Shown in pieces: positions 14,801 through 28,927 of a stretch of 64,000 nt of DNA. The stretch lies in NCBI RefSeq assembly GCF_009914755.1, contig NC_060928.1; one strand, 5' to 3'. This DNA comes from the human T2T-CHM13v2.0 reference genome, Homo sapiens. The position numbers and the translations under genes were made by a program. The notes beneath the pieces are model-generated. The model was not told the origin of the DNA. It did no database searches and saw only the letters and a program-made list of their open reading frames with translations. Numbering within the stretch: the stretch's first letter is position 1; every line of letters starts with the position of its first letter.

Positions 14801-17800
14801 ACTAGACAGAAGCATCCTCAGAAACTTATTTGTGATGTGTGTCCTCAACTAACAGAGTTGAAACTTTGTTTTGATACAGCATTTTGGAAACACTCTTTTT
14901 GTAGAATCTGCAGGTGGATATTTGGATAGCTTAGAGGGATTCGTTGGAAAGGGGATATCTTCATATAAAATCTAGACAGAAGCATTCTCAGAAACTTATT
15001 TGTGATGTGTGTCCTCAACTAACAGAGTTGAACCTTGGTTTTGATACAGCATTTTGGAAACACTCCTTTTGTAGAATCTGCAGGTGGATATGTGGATAGC
15101 TCTGAAGATTTCGTTGGAAACGGGAATTTCTTCATATAAAATCAAACAGAAGCATTCTCAGAAACTTCTCAGTGATGTTTGCATTCAGCTCATGGAGTTG
15201 AACACTTCCTTTCATAGAGCCGGTTTGAAACACTCTTTCTGCACTACCTGGAAGAGGACATTTCGAGCGCTTTTGTCCTATGGTGAAAAAGGAAATATCT
15301 TCTCATAAAAACCAGAAAGAAGCATTCTCAGAAACTTCTTTGTGTTGTGTGTACTCATGTAACAGTGTTGAACCATCCTTTTGACAGAGCAGTTTTGAAA
15401 CACTCTTTTTGTAGAATCTGCAAGTGGATATTTGGATAGCTTTGAGGATTTCGTTGGAAACGGGATGACATATAATATCTAGAGAGAAGCATACTCAGGA
15501 ACTTCTTTGTGATGTTTGCATTCAAGTCACAGAATTGAACATTCCCTTTCATAGAGCAGGTTTGAAACACTCTTTCTCTAGTATCTGGAAGTGGGCATTT
15601 CAAGCGCTTTCAGGCCTATGGAGAGAAAGGAAATACCTTCAAATAAAAACTAGACAGAAGCATTCTCAGAAACTTATTTGTGATGTGTGTCCTCAACTAA
15701 CAGAGTTGAACCTTCGTTTTGATACAGCATTTTGGAAACACTCCTTTTGTAGAATCTGCAGGTGGATATTTGGATAACTTTGAAGATTTCGTTGGAAACC
15801 GGAATATCTTCATATAAAATCAAGACAGAAGCATTCTCGGAAACATCTCTGTGATGTTTGCATTCAACTCAGTAGAGTTGAACACTTCCTTCCATAGAGC
15901 CGGTTTGAAACACTCTTTCTGCACTACCTGGAAGCGGAGATTTCGAGCGCTTTGAGGCCTATGGTGAAAAAGGAAATATCTTCTCATAAAAACCAGAAAG
16001 AAGCATTCTCAGAAACTTCTTTGTGTTGTGTGTACTCAAGGAACAGTGTTGAACCTTCCTTTTGACACAGCAGTTTTGAAACACTCTTTTGGTAGAATCT
16101 GCAAGTAGATATTTGGATAGCTTTGAGGATTTCATTGGAAACGGGTTATCTTCATATAAAATCCAGACAGGAGCATTCTCAGAAACTTCTTTGTGCTGCA
16201 TGTCCTCAATTCACAGAGCTGAACCTTTGTTTGGATACAGCATTTTGGAAACATTCCTTTAGTAGAATCTGCAAGTTGATATTTAGATAGCTTTGAAGAT
16301 TTCGTTGGAAACGGGAATATCTTCATAGAAAATCTAGACGGAAGCATTCTCAGAAACTGCTTTGTGATGTTTGCATTCAAGTCACAGAGTTGAATATTCC
16401 CTTTTATAGAGTAGGTTTGAAACACTCTTTTGGCACTACCTGGAAGTGGATATTTTGAGCTCTTTGAGGCCTATGGTTAAAAGGAAATATCTTCCCATAA
16501 AAACTAGACAGAAGCCGTCTCAGAAACTTGTTTGTGATGTGTGTATTCAACTAACAGAGTTGAACATTTCTGTTACAGAGCAATTTTAAAACACTCTTTT
16601 TGTGGAATCTGAAAGTGGATAATTGGATAGCTTTGTGGATTTCGTTGGAAACGGGATGACGTATAAAATCTAGAGAGAAGCATTCTCAGGAACTTCTTTC
16701 TGATGTTTGCATTCAAGTCACAGAATTGAACATTCCTTTTCATAGTGCAGGTTTGAAACACTCTTTCTGTAGTATCTGGAAGTGGACATTTCAAGCGCTT
16801 TCAGGCCTACGGGGAGAAAGGAAATATCTTCAAATAAAAACTAGACAGAAGGATTCTCAGAAACTTATTTGTGATGTGTGTCCTAAACGAACACAGTTGA
16901 ACCTTTGTTTTGATACAGCATTTTGGAAACACTCCTTTTGTAGGATCTGCAGGTGGATATTTGGATAGATTTTAAGATTTCGTTGGAAACGGGAGTTTCT
17001 TCATAGAAACTCAAGACAGATGCATTCTCAGAAACATCTCTGTGATGTTTGCATTCCACTCATAGAGTTGAAAACTTCCTTTCATAGAGCAGGTTTGAAA
17101 CACTCTTTTTGTAATATTTGGAAGTGGACATTTGCAGCGCTTTGAGGCCTATGGTGAAAAAGGAAATATCTTCTCATAAAAACCAGAAACAAGCATTCTC
17201 AGAAACTTCTTTTTGATGTGTGTACTCAAGTAACAGAGTTGAACCTTCCTTTTGACACAGCAGTTTTGAAACAATCTTTTTGTAGAATCTGCAAGTGGAT
17301 ATTTGGATAGCTTTGAGGATTTCGTTGGAAACGGGATATCTTCATATAAAATCTAGACAGAAGCATTCTCAGAAACTTCTTTGTGCTGTATGTCCTCAAT
17401 TAACAGAGTTGAACCATTGCTTGGATACAGCATTTTGGAAACATTCCTGGAGTAGAATCTGCAAGTTGATATTTAGATAGATTTGAAGATTTCGTTGGAA
17501 AAGGGAATATCTCCATATAAAATCTAGAGGGAAGCATTCTCAGAAACTGCTTTGTGATGTTTCCATTCAAGTCACAGAGTTGAATATTCCCTTTTATAGA
17601 GCACGTTTGAAACACTCTTTCTGCACTATCTGGAAGTGGACATTTCGAGCGCTTTGAGGCCTATGGTGAAAAAGGAAATATCTTCCCATAAAAACTAGAC
17701 AGAAGCATTCTCAGAAACTTGTTTGTGATGTGTGTATTCAACTAACAGAGTTGAACTTTTGTTTTTACAGAGCCGTTTTAAAACACTCTTTTTGTGGAAT

Positions 17801-20800
17801 CAGAAAGTGGATATTCGGATGGCTCTGAGGATTTCGTTGGAAGCGGGATTACATATAAAATCTAGAGAGAAGCATTCTCAGGAACTTCTTTGTGATGTTT
17901 GCATTGAAGTCACAGAATTGAACATTCACTTTGATAGAGCAGGTTTGAAACACTCATTCTGTAGTATCTGGAAGTGGACATTTCAAGCGCTTTCAGGCCT
18001 ATGGTGAGAAAGGAAATATCTTCGAATAAAAACTAGACAGAAGCATCCTCAGAAACTTATTTGTGATGTGTGTCCTCAACTAACAGAGTTGAAACTTTGT
18101 TTTGATACAGCATTTTGGAAACACTCTTTTTGTAGAATCTGCAGGTGGATATTTGGATAGCTTAGAGGGATTCGTTGGAAAGGGGATATCTTCATATAAA
18201 ATCTAGACAGAAGCATTCTCAGAAACATATTTGTGATGTGTGTCCTCAACTAACAGAGTTGAACCTTGGTTTTGATACAGCATTTTGGAAACACTCCTTT
18301 TGTAGAATCTGCAGGTGGATATGTGGATAGCTCTGAAGATTTCGTTGGAAACGGGAATTTCTTCATATAAAATCAAACAGAAGCATTCTCAGAAACTTCT
18401 CAGTGATGTTTGCATTCAGCTCATGGAGTTGAACACTTCCTTTCATAGAGCCGGTTTGAAACACTCTTTCTGCACTACCTGGAAGAGGACATTTCGAGCG
18501 CTTTTGTCCTATGGTGAAAAAGGAAATATCTTCTCATAAAAACCAGAAAGAAGCATTCTCAGAAACTTCTTTGTGTTGTGTGTACTCATGTAACAGTGTT
18601 GAACCATCCTTTTGACAGAGCAGTTTTGAAACACTCTTTTTGTAGAATCTGCAAGTGGATATTTGGATAGCTTTGAGGATTTCGTTGGAAACGGGATGAC
18701 ATATAATATCTAGAGAGAAGCATACTCAGGAACTTCTTTGTGATGTTTGCATTCAAGTCACAGAATTGAACATTCCCTTTCATAGAGCAGGTTTGAAACA
18801 CTCTTTCTCTAGTATCTGGAAGTGGGCATTTCAAGCGCTTTCAGGCCTATGGAGAGAAAGGAAATACCTTCAAATAAAAACTAGACAGAAGCATTCTCAG
18901 AAACTTATTTGTGATGTGTGTCCTCAACTAACAGAGTTGAACCTTTGTTTTGATACAGCATTTTGGAAACACTCCTTTTGTAGAATCTGCAGGTGGATAT
19001 TTGGATACCTTTGAAGATTTCGTTGGAAACCGGAATATCTTCATATAAAATCAAGACAGAAGCATTCTCGGAAACATCTCTGTGATGTTTGCATTCAACT
19101 CAGTAGAGTTGAACACTTCCTTTCATAGAGCAGGTTTGAAACACTCTTTCTGCACTACCTGGAAGCGGACATTTCGAGCGCTTTGAGGCCTATGGTGAAA
19201 AAGGAAATATCTTCTCATAAAAACCAGAAAGAAGCATTCTCAGAAACTTCTTTGTGTTGTGTGTACTCAAGTAACAGTGTTGAACCTTCCTTTTGACACA
19301 GCAGTTTTGAAACACTCTTTTGGTAGAATCTGCAAGTGGATATTTGGATAGCTTTGAGGATTTCGTTGGAAACGGGTTATCTTCATATAAAATCCAGACA
19401 GGAGCATTCTCAGAAACTTCTTTGTGCTGCATGTCCTCAATTCACAGAGCTGAACCTTTGTTTGGATACAGCATTTTGGAAACATTCCTTTAGTGGAATC
19501 TGCAAGTTGATATTTAGATAGCTTTGAAGATTTCGTTGGAAACGGGAATATCTTCATAGAAAATCTAGACGGAAGCATTCTCAGAAACTGCTTTGTGATG
19601 TTTGCATTCAAGTCACAGAGTTGAATATTCCCTTTTATAGAGTAGGTTTGAAACACTCTTTCGGCACTACCTGGAAGTGGATATTTCGAGCTCTTTGAGG
19701 CCTATGGTTAAAAGGAAATATCTTCCCATAAAAACTAGACAGAAGCCGTCTCAGAAACTTGTTTGTGATGTGTGTATTCAACTACCAGAGTTGAACATTT
19801 CTGTTACAGAGCAATTTTAAAACACTCTTTTTGTGGAATCTGAAAGTGGATAATTGGATAGCTTTGTGGATTTCGTTGGAAACGGGATGACGTATAAAAT
19901 CTAGAGAGAAGCATTCTCAGGAACTTCTTTCTGATGTTTGCATTCAAGTCACAGAATTGAACATTCCTTTTCATAGTGCAGGTTTGAAACACTCTTTCTG
20001 TAGTATCTGGAAGTGGACATTTCAAGCGCTTTCAGGCCTACGGGGAGAAAGGAAATATCTTCAAATAAAAACTAGACAGAAGGATTCTCAGAAACTTATT
20101 TGTGATGTGTGTCCTAAACGAACACAGTTGAACCTTTGTTTTGATACAGCATTTTGGAAACACTCCTTTTGTAGGATCTGCAGGTGGATATTTGGATAGA
20201 TTTTAAGATTTCGTTGGAAACGGGAGTTTCTTCATAGAAACTCAAGACAGATGCATTCTCAGAAACATCTCTGTGATGTTTGCATTCCACTCATAGAGTT
20301 GAAAACTTCCTTTCATAGAGCAGGTTTGAAACACTCTTTTTGTAATATTTGGAAGTGGACATTTGCAGCGCTTTGAGGCCTATGGTGAAAAAGGAAATAT
20401 CTTCTCATAAAAACCAGAAACAAGCATTCTCAGAAACTTCTTTTTGATGTGTGTACTCAAGTAACAGAGTTGAACCTTCCTTTTGACACAGCAGTTTTGA
20501 AACAATCTTTTTGTAGAATCTGCAAGTGGATATTTGGATAGCTTTGAGGATTTCGTTGGAAACGGGATATCTTCATATAAAATCTAGACAGAAGCATTCT
20601 CAGAAACTTCTTTGTGCTGTATGTCCTCAATTAACAGAGTTGAACCATTGCTTGGATACAGCATTTTGGAAACATTCCTTGAGTAGAATCTGCAAGTTGA
20701 TATTTAGATAGATTTGAAGATTTCGTTGGAAAAGGGAATATCTCCATATAAAATCTAGAGGGAAGCATTCTCAGAAACTGCTTTGTGATGTTTCCATTCA

Positions 20801-21785
20801 AGTCACAGAGTTGAATATTCCCTTTTATAGAGCACGTTTGAAACACTCTTTCTGCACTATCTGGAAGTGGACATTTCGAGCGCTTTGAGGCCTATGGTGA
20901 AAAAGGAAATATCTTCCCATAAAAACTAGACAGAAGCATTCTCAGAAACTTGTTTGTGATGTGTGTATTCAACTAACAGAGTTGAACTTTTGTTTTTACA
21001 GAGCCGTTTTAAAACACTCTTTTTGTGGAATCAGAAAGTGGATATTCGGATGGCTCTGAGGATTTCGTTGGAAGCGGGATTACATATAAAATCTAGAGAG
21101 AAGCATTCTCAGGAACTTCTTTGTGATGTTTGCATTGAAGTCACAGAATTGAACATTCACTTTGATAGAGCAGGTTTGAAACACTCATTCTGTAGTATCT
21201 GGAAGTGGACATTTCAAGCGCTTTCAGGCCTATGGTGAGAAAGGAAATATCTTCGAATAAAAACTAGACAGAAGCATCCTCAGAAACTTATTTGTGATGT
21301 GTGTCCTCAACTAACAGAGTTGAAACTTTGTTTTGATACAGCATTTTGGAAACACTCTTTTTGTAGAATCTGCAGGTGGATATTTGGATAGCTTAGAGGG
21401 ATTCGTTGGAAAGGGGATATCTTCATATAAAATCTAGACAGAAGCATTCTCAGAAACTTATTTGTGATGTGTGTCCTCAACTAACAGAGTTGAACCTTGG
21501 TTTTGATACAGCATTTTGGAAACACTCCTTTTGTAGAATCTGCAGGTGGATATGTGGATAGCTCTGAAGATTTCGTTGGAAACGGGAATTTCTTCATATA
21601 AAATCAAACAGAAGCATTCTCAGAAACTTCTCAGTGATGTTTGCATTCAGCTCATGGAGTTGAACACTTCCTTTCATAGAGCCGGTTTGAAACACTCTTT
21701 CTGCACTACCTGGAAGAGGACATTTCGAGCGCTTTGAGTCCTATGGTGAAAAAGGAAATATCTTCTCATAAAAACCAGAAAGAAG
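8861..21785 (+). repeat. Four canonical 19-mer HORs (starts 8861, 12092, 15323, 18554)
   Basis: Periods are 3,231, 3,231, 3,231 and 3,232 bp. The 1-bp shortening comes from a GAGTCC->TGTCC change in monomer s. Confidence 0.93.
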
Positions 21786-23144
21786 CATTCTCAGAAACTT
21801 CTTTGTGTTGTGTGTACTCAAGTAACAGTGTTGAACCTTCCTTTTGACACAGCAGTTTTGAAACACTCTTTTGGTAGAATCTGCAAGTGGATATTTGGAT
21901 AGCTTTGAGGATTTCGTTGGAAACGGGTTATCTTCATATAAAATCCAGACAGGAGCATTCTCAGAAACTTCTTTGTGCTGCATGTCCTCAATTCACAGAG
22001 CTGAACCTTTGTTTGGATACAGCATTTTGGAAACATTCCTTTAGTAGAATCTGCAAGTTGATATTTAGATAGCTTTGAAGATTTCGTTGGAAACGGGAAT
22101 ATCTTCATAGAAAATCTAGACGGAAGCATTCTCAGAAACTGCTTTGTGATGTTTGCATTCAAGTCACAGAGTTGAATATTCCCTTTTATAGAGTAGGTTT
22201 GAAACACTCTTTCGGCACTACCTGGAAGTGGATATTTCGAGCTCTTTGAGGCCTATGGTTAAAAGGAAATATCTTCCCATAAAAACTAGACAGAAGCCGT
22301 CTCAGAAACTTGTTTGTGATGTGTGTATTCAACTAACAGAGTTGAACATTTCTGTTACAGAGCAATTTTAAAACACTCTTTTTGTGGAATCTGAAAGTGG
22401 ATAATTGGATAGCTTTGTGGAATTCGTTGGAAACGGGATGACGTATAAAATCTAGAGAGAAGCATTCTCAGGAACTTCTTTCTGATGTTTGCATTCAAGT
22501 CACAGAATTGAACATTCCTTTTCATAGTGCAGGTTTGAAACACTCTTTCTGTAGTATCTGGAAGTGGACATTTCAAGCGCTTTCAGGCCTATGGTGAGAA
22601 AGGAAATATCTTCGAATAAAAACTAGACAGAAGCATCCTCAGAAACTTATTTGTGATGTGTGTCCTCAACTAACAGAGTTGAAACTTTGTTTTGATACAG
22701 CATTTTGGAAACACTCTTTTTGTAGAATCTGCAGGTGGATATTTGGATAGCTTAGAGGGATTCGTTGGAAAGGGGATATCTTCATATAAAATCTAGACAG
22801 AAGCATTCTCAGAAACTTATTTGTGATGTGTGTCCTCAACTAACAGAGTTGAACCTTGGTTTTGATACAGCATTTTGGAAACACTCCTTTTGTAGAATCT
22901 GCAGGTGGATATGTGGATAGCTCTGATGATTTCGTTGGAAACGGGAATTTCTTCATATAAAATCAAACAGAAGCATTCTCAGAAACTTCTCAGTGATGTT
23001 TGCATTCAGCTCATGGAGTTGAACACTTCCTTTCATAGAGCCGGTTTGAAACACTCTTTCTGCACTACCTGGAAGAGGACATTTCGAGCGCTTTGACTCC
23101 TATGGTGAAAAAGGAAATATCTTCTCATAAAAACCAGAAAGAAG
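21786..23144 (+). repeat. 8-mer variant HOR (1,359 bp; e, f, g, h, i/p, q, r, s)
   Basis: Marker spacing 21546->22905 = 1,359. The hybrid i/p monomer has its breakpoint between about 22547 and 22591. Confidence 0.9.
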
Positions 23145-25695
23145 CATTCTCAGAAACTTCTTTGTGTTGTGTGTACTCAAGTAACAGTGTTGAACCTTCC
23201 TTTTGACACAGCAGTTTTGAAACACTCTTTTGGTAGAATCTGCAAGTGGATATTTGGATAGCTTTGAGGATTTCGTTGGAAACGGGTTATCTTCATATAA
23301 AATCCAGACAGGAGCATTCTCAGAAACTTCTTTGTGCTGCATGTCCTCAATTCACAGAGCTGAACCTTTGTTTGGATACAGCATTTTGGAAACATTCCTT
23401 TAGTAGAATCTGCAAGTTGATATTTAGATAGCTTTGAAGATTTCGTTGGAAACGGGAATATCTTCATAGAAAATCTAGACGGAAGCATTCTCAGAAACTG
23501 CTTTGTGATGTTTGCATTCAAGTCACAGAGTTGAATATTCCCTTTTATAGAGTAGGTTTGAAACACTCTTTTGGCACTACCTGGAAGTGGATATTTCGAG
23601 CTCTTTGAGGCCTATGGTTAAAAGGAAATATCTTCCCATAAAAACTAGACAGAAGCCGTCTCAGAAACTTGTTTGTGATGTGTGTATTCAACTAACAGAG
23701 TTGAACATTTCTGTTACAGAGCAATTTTAAAACACTCTTTTTGTGGAATCTGAAAGTGGATAATTGGATAGCTTTGTGGATTTCGTTGGAAACGGGATGA
23801 CGTATAAAATCTAGAGAGAAGCATTCTCAGGAACTTCTTTCTGATGTTTGCATTCAAGTCACAGAATTGAACATTCCTTTTCATAGTGCAGGTTTGAAAC
23901 ACTCTTTCTGTAGTATCTGGAAGTGGACATTTCAAGCGCTTTCAGGCCTACGGGGAGAAAGGAAATATCTTCAAATAAAAACTAGACAGAAGGATTCTCA
24001 GAAACTTATTTGTGATGTGTGTCCTAAACGAACACAGTTGAACCTTTGTTTTGATACAGCATTTTGGAAACACTCCTTTTGTAGGATCTGCAGGTGGATA
24101 TTTGGATAGATTTTAAGATTTCGTTGGAAACGGGAGTTTCTTCATAGAAACTCAAGACAGATGCATTCTCAGAAACATCTCTGTGATGTTTGCATTCCAC
24201 TCATAGAGTTGAAAACTTCCTTTCATAGAGCAGGTTTGAAACACTCTTTTTGTAATATTTGGAAGTGGACATTTGCAGCGCTTTGAGGCCTATGGTGAAA
24301 AAGGAAATATCTTCTCATAAAAACCAGAAACAAGCATTCTCAGAAACTTCTTTTTGATGTGTGTACTCAAGTAACAGAGTTGAACCTTCCTTTTGACACA
24401 GCAGTTTTGAAACAATCTTTTTGTAGAATCTGCAAGTGGATATTTGGATAGCTTTGAGGATTTCGTTGGAAACGGGATATCTTCATATAAAATCTAGACA
24501 GAAGCATTCTCAGAAACTTCTTTGTGCTGTATGTCCTCAATTAACAGAGTTGAACCATTGCTTGGATACAGCATTTTGGAAACATTCCTTGAGTAGAATC
24601 TGCAAGTTGATATTTAGATAGATTTGAAGATTTCGTTGGAAAAGGGAATATCTCCATATAAAATCTAGAGGGAAGCATTCTCAGAAACTGCTTTGTGATG
24701 TTTCCATTCAAGTCACAGAGTTGAATATTCCCTTTTATAGAGCACGTTTGAAACACTCTTTCTGCACTATCTGGAAGTGGACATTTCGAGCGCTTTGAGG
24801 CCTATGGTGAAAAAGGAAATATCTTCCCATAAAAACTAGACAGAAGCATTCTCAGAAACTTGTTCGTGATGTGTGTATTCAACTAACAGAGTTGAACTTT
24901 TGTTTTTACAGAGCCGTTTTAAAACACTCTTTTTGTGGAATCAGAAAGTGGATATTCGGATGGCTCTGAGGATTTCGTTGGAAGTGGGATTACATATAAA
25001 ATCTAGAGAGAAGCATTCTCAGGAACTTCTTTGTGATGTTTGCATTGAAGTCACAGAATTGAACATTCACTTTGATAGAGCAGGTTTGAAACACTCATTC
25101 TGTAGTATCTGGAAGTGGACATTTCAAGCGCTTTCAGGCCTATGGTGAGAAAGGAAATATCTTCGAATAAAAACTAGACAGAAGCATCCTCAGAAACTTA
25201 TTTGTGATGTGTGTCCTCAACTAACAGAGTTGAAACTTTGTTTTGATACAGCATTTTGGAAACACTCTTTTTGTAGAATCTGCAGGTGGATATTTGGATA
25301 GCTTAAAGGGATTCGTTGGAAAGGGGATATCTTCATATAAAATCTAGACAGAAGCATTCTCAGAAACTTATTTGTGATGTGTGTCCTCAATTAACAGAGT
25401 TGAACCTTGGTTTTGATACAGCATTTTGGAAACACTCCTTTTGTAGAATCTTCAGGTGGATATGTGGATAGCTCTGAAGATTTCGTTGGAAACGGGAATT
25501 TCTTCATATAAAATCAAACAGAAGCATTCTCAGAAACTTCTCAGTGATGTTTGCATTCAGCTCATGGAGTTGAACACTTCCTTTCATAGAGCCGGTTTGA
25601 AACACTCTTTCTGCACTACCTGGAAGAGGACATTTCGAGCGCTTTGAGTCCTATGGTGAAAAAGGAAATATCTTCTCATAAAAACCAGAAAGAAG
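23145..25695 (+). repeat. 15-mer variant HOR (2,551 bp)
   Basis: Monomer s is followed directly by e; marker spacing 22905->25456 = 2,551. Confidence 0.9.
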
Positions 25696-28600
25696 CATTC
25701 TCAGAAACTTCTTTGTGTTGTGTGTACTCATGTAACAGTGTTGAACCATCCTTTTGACAGAGCAGTTTTGAAACACTCTTTTTGTAGAATCTGCAAGTGG
25801 ATATTTGGATAGCTTTGAGGATTTCGTTGGAAACGGGATGACATATAATATCTAGAGAGAAGCATTCTCAGGAACTTCTTTGTGATGTTTGCATTCAAGT
25901 CACAGAATTGAACATTCCCTTTCATAGAGCAGGTTTGAAACACTCTTTCTCTAGTATCTGGAAGTGGGCATTTCAAGCGCTTTCAGGCCTATGGAGAGAA
26001 AGGAAATACCTTCAAATAAAAACTAGACAGAAGCATTCTCAGAAACTTATTTGTGATGTGTGTCCTCAACTAACAGAGTTGAACCTTTGTTTTGATACAG
26101 CATTTTGGAAACACTCCTTTTGTAGAATCTGCAGGTGGATATTTGGATACCTTTGAAGATTTCGTTGGAAACCGGAATATCTTCATATAAAATCAAGACA
26201 GAAGCATTCTCGGAAACATCTCTGTGATGTTTGCATTCAACTCAGTAGAGTTGAACACTTCCTTTCATTGAGCAGGTTTGAAACACTCTTTCTGCACTAC
26301 CTGGAAGCGGACATTTCGAGCGCTTTGAGGCCTATGGTGAAAAAGGAAATATCTTCTCATAAAAACCAGAAAGAAGCATTCTCAGAAACTTCTTTGTGTT
26401 GTGTGTACTCAAGTAACAGTGTTGAACCTTCCTTTTGACACAGCAGTTTTGAAACACTCTTTTGGTAGAATCTGCAAGTGGATATTTGGATAGCTTTGAG
26501 GATTTCGTTGGAAACGGGTTATCTTCATATAAAATCCAGACAGGAGCATTCTCAGAAACTTTTTTGTGCTGCATGTCCTGAATTCACAGAGCTGAACCTT
26601 TGTTTGGATACAGCATTTTGGAAACATTCCTTTAGTAGAATCTGCAAGTTGATATTTAGATAGCTTTGAAGATTTCGTTGGAAACGGGAATATCTTCATA
26701 GAAAATCTAGACGGAAGCATTCTCAGAAACTGCTTTGTGATGTTTGCATTCAAGTCACAGAGTTGAATATTCCCTTTTATAGAGTAGGTTTGAAACACTC
26801 TTTCGGCACTACCTGGAAGTGGATATTTCGAGCTCTTTGAGGCCTATGGTTAAAAGGAAATATCTTCCCATAAAAACTAGACAGAAGCCGTCTCAGAAAC
26901 TTGTTTGTGATGTGTGTATTCAACTAACAGAGTTGAACATTTCTGTTACAGAGCAATTTTAAAACACTCTTTTTGTGGAATCTGAAAGTGGATAATTGGA
27001 TAGTTTTGTGGATTTCGTTGGAAACGGGATGACGTATAAAATCTAGAGAGAAGCATTCTCAGGAACTTCTTTCTGATGTTTGCATTCAAGTCACAGAATT
27101 GAACATTCCTTTTCATAGTGCAGGTTTGAAACTCTCTTTCTGTAGTATCTGGAAGTGGACATTTCAAGCGCTTTCAGGCCTACGGGGAGAAAGGAAATAT
27201 CTTCAAATAAAAACTAGACAGAAGGATTCTCAGAAACTTATTTGTGATGTGTGTCCTAAACGAACACAGTTGAACCTTTGTTTTGATACAGCATTTTGGA
27301 AACACTCCTTTTGTAGGATCTGCAGGTGGATATTTGGATAGATTTTAAGATTTCGTTGGAAACGGGAGTTTCTTCATAGAAACTCAAGACAGATGCATTC
27401 TCAGAAACATCTCTGTGATGTTTGCATTCCACTCATAGAGTTGAAAACTTCCTTTCATAGAGCAGGTTTGAAACACTCTTTTTGTAATATTTGGAAGTGG
27501 ACATTTGCAGCGCTTTGAGGCCTATGGTGAAAAAGGAAATATCTTCTCATAAAAACCAGAAACAAGCATTCTCAGAAACTTCTTTTTGATGTGTGTACTC
27601 AAGTAACAGAGTTGAACCTTCCTTTTGACACAGCAGTTTTGAAACAATCTTTTTGTAGAATCTGCAAGTGGATATTTGGATAGCTTTGAGGATTTCGTTG
27701 GAAACGGGATATCTTCATATAAAATCTAGACAGAAGCATTCTCAAAAACTTCTTTGTGCTGTATGTCCTCAATTAACAGAGTTGAACCATTGCTTGGATA
27801 CAGCATTTTGGAAACATTCCTGGAGTAGAATCTGCAAGTTGATATTTAGATAGATTTGAAGATTTCGTTGGAAAAGGGAATATCTCCATATAAAATCTAG
27901 AGGGAAGCATTCTCAGAAACTGCTTTGTGATGTTTCCATTCAAGTCACAGAGTTGAATATTCCCTTTTATAGAGCACGTTTGAAACACTCTTTCTGCACT
28001 ATCTGGAAGTGGACATTTCGAGCGCTTTGAGGCCTATGGTGAAAAAGGAAATATCTTCCCATAAAAACTAGACAGAAGCATTCTCAGAAACTTGTTTGTG
28101 ATGTGTGTATTCAACTAACAGAGTTGAACTTTTGTTTTTACAGAGCCGTTTTAAAACACTCTTTTTGTGGAATCAGAAAGTGGATATTCGGATGGCTCTG
28201 AGGATTTCGTTGGAAGCAGGATTACATATAAAATCTAGAGAGAAGCATTCTCAGGAACTTCTTTGTGATGTTTGCATTGAAGTCACAGAATTGAACATTC
28301 ACTTTGATAGAGCAGGTTTGAAACACTCATTCTGTAGTATCTGGAAGTGGACATTTCAAACGCTTTCAGGCCTATGGTGAGAAAGGAAATATCTTCGAAT
28401 AAAAACTAGACAGAAGCATCCTCAGAAACTTATTTGTGATGTGTGTCCTCAACTAACAGAGTTGAAACTTTGTTTTGATACAGCATTTTGGAAACACTCT
28501 TTTTGTAGAATCTGCAGGTGGATATTTGGATAGCTTAGAGGGATTCGTTGGAAAGGGGATATCTTCATATAAAATCTAGACAGAAGCATTCTCAGAAACT

Positions 28601-28927
28601 TATTTGTGATGTGTGTCCTCAACTAACAGAGTTGAACCTTGGTTTTGATACAGCATTTTGGAAACACTCCTTTTGTAGAATCTGCAGGTGGATATGTGGA
28701 TAGCTCTGAAGATTTCGTTGGAAACGGGAATTTCTTCATATAAAATCAAACAGAAGCATTCTCAGAAACTTCTCAGTGATGTTTGCATTCAGCTCATGGA
28801 GTTGAACACTTCCTTTCATAGAGCCGGTTTGAAACACTCTTTCTGCACTACCTGGAAGAGGACATTTCGAGCGCTTTGAGTCCTATGGTGAAAAAGGAAA
28901 TATCTTCTCATAAAAACCAGAAAGAAG
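25696..28927 (+). repeat. Canonical 19-mer HOR (3,232 bp) with several private SNVs
   Basis: All monomers a-s are present; marker spacing 25456->28688 = 3,232. Confidence 0.92.

Noticed and set aside
20526-24436. Apparent 23-mer HOR (3,910-bp marker spacing)
   Set aside because: It resolves into an 8-mer (1,359 bp) plus a 15-mer (2,551 bp).
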